Part shown: piece after piece, positions 27,865 to 37,070 of the stretch
Numbering within the stretch: the first letter of the stretch is position 1
Layout: each line of letters begins with the position of its first letter
DNA from: an uncultured Clostridia bacterium
GTDB taxonomy: Bacteria; Bacillota; Clostridia; Oscillospirales; JAAYOS01
DNA: 62,135 nt
Assembly (NCBI GenBank): GCA_944387575.1
Contig: CALXFK010000091.1
Location: 1 to 62,135, forward strand
Reading direction: 5' to 3'
Notes under the pieces: model-generated
The model's input: only the letters and a program-made list of their open reading frames with translations
What the model was told of the DNA's origin: nothing
Databases searched by the model: none
Program-made: the position numbers and the translations under genes

Positions 27865-29709
27865 TTGATAAATGAAAAGCTCAGGAATGTTGCTATAATA
27901 GCGCATGTTGACCACGGAAAGACGACGCTTGTTGACGGACTGCTCAAGCAGAGCGGAGTTTATCGCGAAAATCAGGCGGTCGTGGAGCGTGTAATGGACT
28001 CCAACGACATAGAGCGTGAGCGAGGAATAACCATTCTCGCGAAGAATACCGCCGTCCACTATAAGGGCGTGAAGATAAACATCGTCGACACTCCCGGTCA
28101 CGCTGATTTCGGCGGCGAGGTCGAGCGTATATTGAAGATGGTCAGCGGGGTGCTGCTGCTCGTGGATGCGGCGGAGGGTCCGATGCCGCAGACCCGTTTT
28201 GTGCTTGAACGGGCGCTCTCGCTCAATCTGCCGGTAATAATCGTTATAAACAAGGTCGACCGACCGGATGCCCGAGTCGATGAAGTTCCCGACGAGGTGC
28301 TTGAGCTGCTTATAGACCTCAACGCAGATATGGAGTATCTCGACTCCCCGGTCATTTTCTGCGCGGCGCGGAGCGGCAAGGCATCGCTTTCTCCGGTGAT
28401 GAAGGATGACGACGATCTCACCCCGCTCTTCGAGGCGATAATAAATCACATTCCCGCCCCGGAAGCAAACGAGGAGGCACCGGTTCAGATCCTTGTGAGC
28501 TCCATCGACTACAACGACTATGTCGGACGTATTGGAATAGGACGAGTGGAGCGCGGTGTTATTCAGCCGGGTGACGAGGTATTTGTCTGCTCGCACCATG
28601 ACCCGGAGCGGAAGTTTAAGTCGAAAATAGTAAGCATATATGAATTTGACGGGCTGAAGCGCCTGCCGGTCGATCGCTGTGCGGCAGGGGATATAGTGGC
28701 GTTCAGCGGGATAGAGGACATTACGATTGGCGACACCGTCTGTGCGCCGTCCTGCGTCGAGGCGCTGCCATTCGTAAAGATAAGCGAGCCCACCGTCGAG
28801 ATGACTTTTGCGGTCAATGATTCGCCGTTTGCCGGCAGAGAAGGGAAATTTGTAACTTCGCGCAATCTCCGCGACAGGCTTGAGCGCGAACTGCTTCGCG
28901 ACGTATCGCTTCGCGTAAGCGAGATAGGGAAGACCGACTCGTTCAATGTGGCGGGGCGCGGAGAAATGCACCTTTCAATACTCATTGAGAATATGCGTCG
29001 CGAGGGATATGAACTCCAGGTGTCCACCCCACGAGTGCTCTATCGCGAGATCGACGGCGTACTCTGCGAGCCTATCGAGGAGTTGGTAGCCGACGTGCCA
29101 GAGGGCGTCGTTGGGGCTGTCATGGAGAAGATAGGCAGCAGGCGGGGCGAGCTCCAGAAGATGACCCCGATGGGCAGCCGTATGCGCATAGAATTCCTTG
29201 TTCCATCCCGCGGTCTTTTCGGTTACCGCAACGAGTTTCTGACGGATACCAAGGGCGAGGGGATCATGACAACCGTTTTCCACGGATACGCACCGTTCTC
29301 GGGAGAGATTGCGCGGCGTGCCACCGGTTCGCTGATTGCATATGAGACTGGGGAGACTGTCACTTATGGTCTTTATCAGGCACAGGATCGTGGACAGCTC
29401 TTTGTTGGACCGGGAGTTCCGGTGTATGCGGGAATGGTCGTGGGAGTGTCCCCAAAGTCGGATGACATAGTGGTAAACGTCTGCAAGCGCAAACAGCTAA
29501 CCAACACCCGTGCGGCAGGGTCTGACGATGCGCTTCGGCTCACTCCGCCGAGAGTTATGAGTCTTGAGCAGTCGATAGAGTTTCTTGCGGACGACGAGCT
29601 GCTCGAGGTCACGCCAAAGTCTATCCGTATCCGCAAGCGCGTGCTCGACCACGCCCAGCGCATGCGCGACCTGAAGCGCGCGGAAGCTGCGGCTCGCGAG
29701 GCAAAATAA
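27865..29709 (+). CDS. typA: Translational GTPase TypA/BipA
   Basis: AHVDHGKTT, ERERGITI, DTPGHADF, GRGEMHL, LEVTPKSIRIRK; TTG start inferred from RBS spacing. Confidence 0.97.
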   Translation: MINEKLRNVAIIAHVDHGKTTLVDGLLKQSGVYRENQAVVERVMDSNDIERERGITILAKNTAVHYKGVKINIVDTPGHADFGGEVERILKMVSGVLLLVDAAEGPMPQTRFVLERALSLNLPVIIVINKVDRPDARVDEVPDEVLELLIDLNADMEYLDSPVIFCAARSGKASLSPVMKDDDDLTPLFEAIINHIPAPEANEEAPVQILVSSIDYNDYVGRIGIGRVERGVIQPGDEVFVCSHHDPERKFKSKIVSIYEFDGLKRLPVDRCAAGDIVAFSGIEDITIGDTVCAPSCVEALPFVKISEPTVEMTFAVNDSPFAGREGKFVTSRNLRDRLERELLRDVSLRVSEIGKTDSFNVAGRGEMHLSILIENMRREGYELQVSTPRVLYREIDGVLCEPIEELVADVPEGVVGAVMEKIGSRRGELQKMTPMGSRMRIEFLVPSRGLFGYRNEFLTDTKGEGIMTTVFHGYAPFSGEIARRATGSLIAYETGETVTYGLYQAQDRGQLFVGPGVPVYAGMVVGVSPKSDDIVVNVCKRKQLTNTRAAGSDDALRLTPPRVMSLEQSIEFLADDELLEVTPKSIRIRKRVLDHAQRMRDLKRAEAAAREAK

Positions 29710-29732
29710 AGAACAATAACAAACTGATTTGG

Positions 29733-29767
29733 ATGTCCATGCGGTTCTTCGCCGCATGGACGTTTTT
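29733..29767 (+). terminator. Intrinsic terminator after typA
   Basis: gtccatgcgg / ccgcatggac stem followed by GTTTTT. Confidence 0.75.
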
Positions 29768-29859
29768 GTCGTATAACGACATATATAACAGGCAGGCACT
29801 GCAACTCTGCAATACCTGCCTGACGTAGCGGTCGCCAGATTGTGTTCGACCACAATCTG

Positions 29860-32538
29860 TTATTCGGTTGGTTCTGTCGGGAATTCGGGAGAAGGGGACG
29901 CAGACGGCTCTGATACAGGCGGCTCTGACACAGACGGCTCGGTCGGAGGAGGCGTGGATTCAACCGGCGGCGGTGTGTTAGGCGATGACGTGACCTCGGG
30001 CGAGCCTGAAGGCGTCGGGTCTGCACCAGGAGGTGACTCGGTAACGGTGGGGTCGTCCGGCTCTGTCGGGAACTCTCCGTCCGGGGGAATGATGTCGTCG
30101 GGATCCTCCGGTTCCTCTGGCAACGGCTCTAAGTGATTCTGGCAGAATGCGTTGACCGCGCTTGTTGCAAGGTTTGCCGCATAACGCACGCGGAACCCGG
30201 TCTCTGTCTCGACGTTGTAGTCCACACCAAATTCGCGGATGGTATATTGCTCGTCGTTTAGCACGATACCAGCAATCGGGAAACGGCGGTCGAGCTGGAG
30301 CATAGAAACACGGGTGATGTTCTCTGCCGGGCAGTATGGGGTCGCGATCTGCTTTGTGGTGCTGTCGATATCCACGTACTGGTGCATGGTACATGCGGAA
30401 ACCGGGACATCACTTGACACAAAAGTGCCGGTGCGAACACGGCTTCCACGGATATCAGCACGGCATGCCTCGGTGGGTGCCATGCCCGAGTCGACACAAT
30501 AACTTGCCTGGACAAGTTCTACGCCGGTGGGGGTGAAGAAGGAACGCGGCTCAAGATCCTCGTGTATCTTCTCCATGACAGCCTGCCACAGCGGGATAGC
30601 GGGGCTGGTGCCGGACTGGGTAACTATTGTGGTGTTGCTGTCAAATCCGTACCAAACTGCACAGGAGTAGTAGGGAGTGTATCCAACAAACCAGCGGTCG
30701 TAGTCGTCGTCGGTGGTACCTGTCTTTCCTGCGGCGACAGAGTTTGAAAGTCGTGCGTTATAGCCGGTTCCGTTGGTTATGACGTTTGTGAGAAGGGCAT
30801 TCATGTAGTAAGCGGTGGTCGGCTTGATTACCGCGATGCCCTCGGTAGTGTTGTCGAGAATCACGTTGCCGTTTGAGTCGAGAACCTTGGAATAGGTTCG
30901 CGGCTCGGTGTATATGCCTTCGTTTACAAACACGCTGTAGGCCGCAGCAAGTTCCACTGCGGTCACGCCGTAAGTGGTGCCGCCGAGTGCCATTGCGGAG
31001 AGGGTATCGTCTCCCTTGATTTCGCCGTTGACTTCAACGTTGTCAACGAGTGATTCGAGACCCATAGTGTATTTCGCAAAATTATAGCAGTACTCCGGGG
31101 TCATCTTGAGAACGAGCTGCACCGGGATGGTGTTTGACGAGCGCTGCACCGCCTCCATTATCGTTATCTGCCCTCGGTACACGCGGTCGTAGTTCTTAGG
31201 ATAAGCGCCGCCATTGAGAACCATAGCGGGCATATCTGTGTAAACGCTGTACGGGTTTATGAGCCCCGCTTCTATTGCGGCTGCGTACACCGAGATCGGC
31301 TTTATCGACGAGCCGGGTGACCGCTTGGACTGTGTTGCGCGGTTCAGGGTGAGGTTTCCGGTCTTTTCACCGAGACTTCCGTACATTCCGACGATGTTGC
31401 CGGTGTACGGATCCATTACGACAATGCTTGACTGAGGTTCGTCCTCAAGCGAGTCCTCATTTCGCAGCTTTGGCCAGTATTCCTCGTTTGTATAGACCTC
31501 GTCGATTATCGCCTGGATATCCTGGTCCATTGTGCTGTATATCTGGTATCCGCCGCTGTACAGCATCCGTGATGCGACGCGACTATCCACGCCGAGCGCC
31601 TCTGCGAGGTCGGCAGTGACGTCGCGAATGATCTGGTCTACAAAATAGCTCTGGTATTCGGTCGTTGAGTCAGCGTCATTGGTTGTCTCGGCGTCTCGCT
31701 TGAACTCAAGCTTTGCTTCTAGCGCAGCGTTAAGCTCCTCCTCGGTCTCTATCATACCGAGCTCGTACATCTTGTTGAGGATGACCGTCTGACGGTACTT
31801 GTTGTTATCGCGATTGATATACGGGTCGTAATAGGTGGGAAGGTTGGTGATGCCAACGATGCTTGCTGCCTCAGGAAGTGTGAGCTCGGAGGCGGATTTT
31901 CCAAAATATTTGTTTGCGGCAGACTCTATACCGTAACAGCCCTGACTGAAGTAGACAAGGTTGATGTATATTTCGAGGATGTCCTCCTTAGAGTACTCCC
32001 GTTCAAATTCTAGGGCACTGAATATTTCGGTGAGTTTCCGCCGAACGGTGACCTCTTTTTCGCCCGTGAGGTTTTTTACGACCTGCTGCGTGATAGTTGA
32101 ACCGCCGAACGTGTCCCTCATGCCTAGAAACATGTTCACGAATGCTCCGGCTGTTCGGAACCAGTCCACACCGTTGTGACTCCAAAATCTCTCATCCTCG
32201 ATTGCTATAAGCGCGTCAAAGACGTATGAGGGGACTTCTTCATAGCTGACCCACACACGGTTCTCACTGGAGTAGATCTCATTGGTGGCAACATAATCGC
32301 CGACCGTTTTGTCGTATGTGTAGATAAAGCTCGTCTGATCGAGCGTAAAGTCGTCAACATTCACGCCGATGTCTGTATTGATGTAGTTTTTGACATAGAT
32401 GGCGAATATACACGCGAGCATTACGCCGGTGACAAGTCCTATCATCAAAATCGTACCAAAAACTTTGAAGAAACCGATAAGAACGCGGCTTGCGAGATTG
32501 CGTTCTCCGTTCTCCGCGCGTCGGGGAAAAGTGCTCAT
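29860..32538 (-). CDS. Class A penicillin-binding protein (PBP1A, transglycosylase-transpeptidase)
   Basis: EDERFWSHNGVD, GGSTITQQVVKN, RKLTE; SxxK (SSIK), SxN (SSN), KTGT; Cys-rich region, then Pro/Ser/Thr/Glu-rich tail. Confidence 0.95.
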   Translation of the reverse strand: MSTFPRRAENGERNLASRVLIGFFKVFGTILMIGLVTGVMLACIFAIYVKNYINTDIGVNVDDFTLDQTSFIYTYDKTVGDYVATNEIYSSENRVWVSYEEVPSYVFDALIAIEDERFWSHNGVDWFRTAGAFVNMFLGMRDTFGGSTITQQVVKNLTGEKEVTVRRKLTEIFSALEFEREYSKEDILEIYINLVYFSQGCYGIESAANKYFGKSASELTLPEAASIVGITNLPTYYDPYINRDNNKYRQTVILNKMYELGMIETEEELNAALEAKLEFKRDAETTNDADSTTEYQSYFVDQIIRDVTADLAEALGVDSRVASRMLYSGGYQIYSTMDQDIQAIIDEVYTNEEYWPKLRNEDSLEDEPQSSIVVMDPYTGNIVGMYGSLGEKTGNLTLNRATQSKRSPGSSIKPISVYAAAIEAGLINPYSVYTDMPAMVLNGGAYPKNYDRVYRGQITIMEAVQRSSNTIPVQLVLKMTPEYCYNFAKYTMGLESLVDNVEVNGEIKGDDTLSAMALGGTTYGVTAVELAAAYSVFVNEGIYTEPRTYSKVLDSNGNVILDNTTEGIAVIKPTTAYYMNALLTNVITNGTGYNARLSNSVAAGKTGTTDDDYDRWFVGYTPYYSCAVWYGFDSNTTIVTQSGTSPAIPLWQAVMEKIHEDLEPRSFFTPTGVELVQASYCVDSGMAPTEACRADIRGSRVRTGTFVSSDVPVSACTMHQYVDIDSTTKQIATPYCPAENITRVSMLQLDRRFPIAGIVLNDEQYTIREFGVDYNVETETGFRVRYAANLATSAVNAFCQNHLEPLPEEPEDPDDIIPPDGEFPTEPDDPTVTESPPGADPTPSGSPEVTSSPNTPPPVESTPPPTEPSVSEPPVSEPSASPSPEFPTEPTE

Positions 32539-32566
32539 GTATCAAATCTCCGTATATTATGCCTTG

Positions 32567-33439
32567 TCAGACGCGGACCTTTCCGGTAAAAAAGAGGGCA
32601 AGCGTTCCCGGACCGGAGTGCGCGCCAATATATGGTCCAACGTAGTTTTTTATTATCCTCTTGACACTGAAATGCTTTTTCAGCTCAGATATCACAATGT
32701 CAGCTTCATCGCTGCAATCGCCATGACTTATTGCTGCAACATCCAGCGAACGATGCGGGCAAAGTTCAAGCATCCACTCGACGAGGTTCATGACCGCTTT
32801 TTTCCGACCGCGCTTCTTGTGGCAGCTTCTCAACTTGCCGTTCGTGTCCACGTCAAGCATCGGTTTTACACCCACAAGAGAGCCTACTATCGCAGTGCTC
32901 TTATTCAGCCGACCACCTCTGTGCAGGAACATCAGGTCGTCCACGGTGAAAAGGTGCTGTACGCACAGCTTGTTGTCCTCGAGAGCCTTTGCAGCCTGCT
33001 CGATGTCAAGCCCGTTATTGCGGAGCTGGACCGCCATATCCACGAGCAGCCCATATCCGAGCGAAGCTCCGAGACTGTCCACGACTATCAGCTTTCGGTC
33101 GGGGTAAGACGGGGCTAGCTCCTGTGCGGCGATATGCGCAGAGGCAAACGACCCGCTGAGACCGGATGAAAAGCCGACAAACAAAATGTCATTGCCGGCG
33201 GAGAGTTCATTTGAAAAATGCTCAAGGTAGGTACCGACACTTGTCGCCGACGTGGTCGCTATCGACCCCTCGCGGAGCCGACGGTAAAACTCGTGATTGA
33301 ACGAGTCATCGCTGCCGGACGATTCGACCTGCTCTCCGTCGAGGACAAAACTCATCGGGATGCAGAATACATCGTTCTGCGCGAGGTAGTCGTCCGGAAG
33401 GTCACACGCAATATCTGCCATTATTTTGTATGAACTCAT
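32567..33439 (-). CDS. DegV family fatty-acid-binding protein (FakB-like)
   Basis: ADIACDLP, SSGLSGS, VVDSLGASLG, FLHRGGR, VKPML, GAHSGPG; start at MSSYKI. Confidence 0.93.
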   Translation of the reverse strand: MSSYKIMADIACDLPDDYLAQNDVFCIPMSFVLDGEQVESSGSDDSFNHEFYRRLREGSIATTSATSVGTYLEHFSNELSAGNDILFVGFSSGLSGSFASAHIAAQELAPSYPDRKLIVVDSLGASLGYGLLVDMAVQLRNNGLDIEQAAKALEDNKLCVQHLFTVDDLMFLHRGGRLNKSTAIVGSLVGVKPMLDVDTNGKLRSCHKKRGRKKAVMNLVEWMLELCPHRSLDVAAISHGDCSDEADIVISELKKHFSVKRIIKNYVGPYIGAHSGPGTLALFFTGKVRV

Positions 33440-33575
33440 TTGCAGAACCCTTTCCTGTGAATTTGGTTGGGGCATACTGAAAATATTATACTCCAAACGG
33501 TTAAGCAAATTATATACATTCTGTGAACATTTGTAAAGCGTAGAATGCGGTGAGATCTGTGTTGGAGTTTTACGG

Positions 33576-33604
33576 TTGACCCGACAGGGGAGAAGTGGTA
33601 TAAT
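33576..33604 (+). promoter_or_regulatory. sigmaA-type promoter of pspA
   Basis: TTGACC-17-TATAAT. Confidence 0.7.
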
Positions 33605-33698
33605 AATTGTGTAGCGTTTATTATAATCTGTTTCAGTACTTTTCATCGAGACTGAAAAAAGGATTTGAGTCCGTATTTTACGGCAGGAGGTATAGACA

Positions 33699-34373
33699 AT
33701 GGGTATTCTTACACGTTTTAAAGAGATAATGGCTTCCAACGTCAATGCAATTCTTGACAAACTGGAAGATCCGTCGAAGATGATAGACCAGATCCTTCGC
33801 AATCTTGCGGAGGATCTTGCAAAGGTTCGCGAGGAGACCGCTGGTATCATAGCGGAGGAGCAGCGCTGCGCAAGGAAGCTCGAGGAGTGCAAGTCGGATA
33901 TTGAGAAGTACCAGGGACTCGCCGAACAGGCGGTTGAGCGCGGCGAGGACGAGGACGCCCGCATCTTCCTCAAAAAGAAGGCTGAGCTAACGGCGGATCT
34001 GTCCGCGCTTGAGGAGGTCTATGCCGCCGCCGCTGAGAATTCTCGGAAAATGAAGCTTATGCACGATAAGCTCGTCGACCAGATAGACGAGATGACTGCT
34101 CGCCGTGATAGCATTAAGGCGAAGGTCGCAGTCGCACGCACGCAGGAGCGTATAAATAAGGCGGCTCAGGGAGCGCAAGATGCGATGGGTTCGATGAGCG
34201 CATTCGACCGTATGGAGGAGAAGGCGGACCGGATGCTCGACCGCGCAAACGCTATGGCAGAGCTTGGTCAGTCCTCCGATTCGAAGTTGGAGGCGCTTGA
34301 AAACAAGTATGACGCAAAGGCTGCGGCGGTCGAGGACGAACTTGCCGCACTGAAGAAGAAGCTGGGGAAATAG
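33699..34373 (+). CDS. pspA: PspA/IM30 family protein
   Basis: MGILTRFKEIMASNVNAILDKLEDPSKM, long coiled coil, AFDRMEEK. Confidence 0.92.
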   Translation: MGILTRFKEIMASNVNAILDKLEDPSKMIDQILRNLAEDLAKVREETAGIIAEEQRCARKLEECKSDIEKYQGLAEQAVERGEDEDARIFLKKKAELTADLSALEEVYAAAAENSRKMKLMHDKLVDQIDEMTARRDSIKAKVAVARTQERINKAAQGAQDAMGSMSAFDRMEEKADRMLDRANAMAELGQSSDSKLEALENKYDAKAAAVEDELAALKKKLGK

Positions 34374-34416
34374 AGAATTTTCACCTTCCCGGCGCAAGTT
34401 ATGCAGGAGAGTTTTT

Positions 34417-34776
34417 ATGTCGAAGAACGCTGCTGAGTGTGACGGAACCGCGATACACCGGGATGCGGTGGACACTGCACTGGAAGCCATGCCTTCTGAG
34501 GAGGACATGGATAAACTGTCCACGCTTTTCAAGGTGCTCGGCGACCCGACTCGCGTGCGCATAATGTGGGCAATAGAGCGTACCGAGCTGTGCGTATGTG
34601 ATATTGCAGAGGTGCTCGGAATGACAAAGTCGGCAATATCGCACCAGTTGGGTACGCTTAAAGACGCGAATCTCGTGCGCTATCGGCGGGATGGGCGCAA
34701 CGTGTTTTACAGCCTCGATGACGACCATGTCAGCGACATTCTAAAAATCGCCATCGCACATGCGAGGCATGTGTAA
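34417..34776 (+). CDS. ArsR/SmtB family metal-sensing repressor
   Basis: FKVLGDPTRVRI, ELCVCD, SAISHQL, YSLDDDH. Confidence 0.92.
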   Translation: MSKNAAECDGTAIHRDAVDTALEAMPSEEDMDKLSTLFKVLGDPTRVRIMWAIERTELCVCDIAEVLGMTKSAISHQLGTLKDANLVRYRRDGRNVFYSLDDDHVSDILKIAIAHARHV

Positions 34777-34808
34777 CGCTCATCTATTGGTTTTATAATG
34801 TAAACTTC

Positions 34809-34840
34809 ACAGGGATAGCGCGGAGCGCTATCCCTGTTTT
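34809..34840. terminator. Terminator between convergent arsR and thuA-like genes
   Basis: acagggatagcg / cgctatccctgt perfect 12-bp stem followed by T run. Confidence 0.75.
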
Positions 34841-34847
34841 CATCTGC

Positions 34848-35651
34848 TCAGAGCATTCCTTCTCTGAGTTTGCGCATCGTCTCCGGGTCGGGCATCTCAG
34901 GTATTTCATAGTGTATCTTGTCACGACCGACCAACGGTTCGTGAAACATCTGAACATATTTGCAAATGTTGGGGGAGGGCGCCGCCCATTTCACGGCGTT
35001 TATAAGTATACGCTGTATCGGCTCAAGGTGGTAGACCGGATATTCCTCGTGACCGGGCTGAAAATAAAATATGCGCCCCATACCACGATGGAAACAGCAT
35101 CCGCTCCTGAACACCTCGCCACCGGCAAACCATCCTATAAACACGAGCTCATCCGGTTTCGGAATGTCGAAATACTCTCCGTACATCTCCTCGTGGGGTA
35201 TCATTATGTGCTCGGGCACACCTTCCGCGATGGGATGCCTTGGGTCGACCACCCAGAGGATCTCGCCCTGGTCATCCTCCCGGAACTTGAGCATACATCC
35301 GGTTCCCAACAGCTTACGCATCAATTTGGAGGCGTGGCTTGAATGGAGCAATATCAACCCCATGCCGTCTAAGACACGGCGATGTATCTGTGAAATCGTC
35401 GTGTCGCTGACCTCGTGGTGTCGTACGTGACCAAACCAGATGAGTACGTCGGTGCTCTCAAGTATCTCCGGTGTAAGCCCGTGCTCCGGCATGCACAGGG
35501 TGGCGGTCCTCACATCATATCCCGCGGCGCTGAGGAAACCTTCGAAATATTTGTGTATGCCCTCGGGGTAACACTCAGCCGCAAGTGGTTTTGTCAATTC
35601 GTCGATGTATTCGTTCCATACAGTCACACGTATCCTGCTTTCCATGTCCAT
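34848..35651 (-). CDS. ThuA-like (trehalose utilization) protein
   Basis: IRVTVWNE, YPEGIH, DVLIWFGHVRH, LHSSH, EEMYGEYFDIPKPD, FQPGHEEYP. Confidence 0.9.
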   Translation of the reverse strand: MDMESRIRVTVWNEYIDELTKPLAAECYPEGIHKYFEGFLSAAGYDVRTATLCMPEHGLTPEILESTDVLIWFGHVRHHEVSDTTISQIHRRVLDGMGLILLHSSHASKLMRKLLGTGCMLKFREDDQGEILWVVDPRHPIAEGVPEHIMIPHEEMYGEYFDIPKPDELVFIGWFAGGEVFRSGCCFHRGMGRIFYFQPGHEEYPVYHLEPIQRILINAVKWAAPSPNICKYVQMFHEPLVGRDKIHYEIPEMPDPETMRKLREGML

Positions 35652-35858
35652 GTCACTCCCTTTTCTAAATTTTCTTGCCGCACATATATTAAACGTTTAC
35701 TAGAGTCTAAATATAAATTGCTGGTCAACATGGTGCCATATTTTCCTTGACTCACTTGAATAATAGCATGTACGGGAAATATAGTCAATTAAATAAGGCT
35801 TAAATATTAACGCGGAAATAAATATTTAAAAATTTATTCAAAATAATATGAGAAATGA

Positions 35859-35887
35859 TTGACATATGCTTAATGGGGTATTATTAT
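35859..35887 (+). promoter_or_regulatory. sigmaA-type promoter of the lacI-family regulator
   Basis: TTGACA-17-TATTAT. Confidence 0.6.
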
Positions 35888-35945
35888 AGTCTTGTCGGGA
35901 TTGGTTTCGACGAAAATGATATAATAGATGTATTCCAGAGGCGGT

Positions 35946-36932
35946 ATGGCAACGATTAGTGACGTAGCGAAGCTTGCTGGTCTGTCGGTCGGTACAGTTT
36001 CGCGGGTGTTTAATAATAGGGGATATATTAGTGAGGAGGCGCGCACCAAAGTGCTCGAAGCGAGCAAGGCGCTCGGTTATTACCCTAGTGAGGTCGCGCG
36101 TTCGCTTCAGCGCATGTATACCAATGTCATTGGTGTAATAGTGCCGTATATATCTCACCCATTCTTTGCTGCACTTGTGCAGGCGCTGGAACAGGAGTGC
36201 TGGGGGCGTGGATACAGGGCAATGCTGTGCACCTCAAACCACGAAACTGCAAAGGAACGTGAATACGCAGAAATGCTCACACGCAATAAAGTAGACGGGA
36301 TAGTCGTGTGCAGCCGTACACAGGAGGTCCAGCACTATATTGACACAAAACTGCCGATTGTTAGCATAGAACGTACAATAACGAGCTCAATTCCCGCAAT
36401 AGTAAGTGACAACGAAGAGGGCGGGATTATTGCGGCGGATGCTCTGCTTGACAGGGGATGCATTCATCCGGCGATAATCGGCTGGAAGCCAGATGTGGAT
36501 GCGGCGCATATGCTCTCGCCTTTGCGCGGAGAGGCGTTCGTCCGGCGCTGCCGAGAGAGAGGCGTTGAAGTTAACGTAATTGATATTCCAAGCGAAACCG
36601 ACGAGAACACGACGGAAATAATTGCACAGAAGTTGACCTCGCGACCGGAGTTGGACGGTATTTTTGCAACTGGAGATGTGTACGCAAGCTGTGCTGCGAC
36701 GGCGTGCGAGCGGATACTTGGTAGACGTATACCGGAGGATATCCAGATCGTTGGATACGACAATACCGACATTGCGGTATATTGCGGTCTGAGCTGTGTG
36801 GCTCAGCCGATCGAAAAGTTGGCAAAATACGCTATATCAACGCTGGCAAATATGATTTCCGGAGAGGTTGCACCGAGCAGGATAGTGCTACCGGTATCCT
36901 TTATAGAGAGACGCTCCACGCGGAAAATATGA
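35946..36932 (+). CDS. LacI family transcriptional regulator
   Basis: TISDVAKLAGLSVGTVSRVFN HTH, hinge ARSL, IPEDIQIVGYDN. Confidence 0.94.
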   Translation: MATISDVAKLAGLSVGTVSRVFNNRGYISEEARTKVLEASKALGYYPSEVARSLQRMYTNVIGVIVPYISHPFFAALVQALEQECWGRGYRAMLCTSNHETAKEREYAEMLTRNKVDGIVVCSRTQEVQHYIDTKLPIVSIERTITSSIPAIVSDNEEGGIIAADALLDRGCIHPAIIGWKPDVDAAHMLSPLRGEAFVRRCRERGVEVNVIDIPSETDENTTEIIAQKLTSRPELDGIFATGDVYASCAATACERILGRRIPEDIQIVGYDNTDIAVYCGLSCVAQPIEKLAKYAISTLANMISGEVAPSRIVLPVSFIERRSTRKI

Positions 36933-37070
36933 GATACCGATAAAACGTTGCTTTTTAAATATGTATCAATCGATTGTTATATGAGAAATGACACCCTTAA
37001 TATGTAAATATGTACGGAACCAGACCTGGGTCTGTAAATTTTATAATATTGTTTTGAGAGGAGAAAAAGT

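Noticed and set aside
29860-30130. Short near-tandem repeats in the PBP tail (also 17560-17730 in spoIIP)
   Set aside because: They encode Pro/Ser/Thr linkers; there is no constant repeat-spacer period, so not a CRISPR array
33440-33973. N-terminal extension making the DegV ORF 468 aa
   Set aside because: It crosses the divergent promoter region and pspA antisense; the DegV domain starts at 33439 after a plausible SD
35816-35868. AAATAAATATTT and ATATGA..CATAT resembling CadC/SmtB operators near arsR
   Set aside because: The flanking inverted bases and spacing do not fit the 12-2-12 consensus, and the region is very AT-rich
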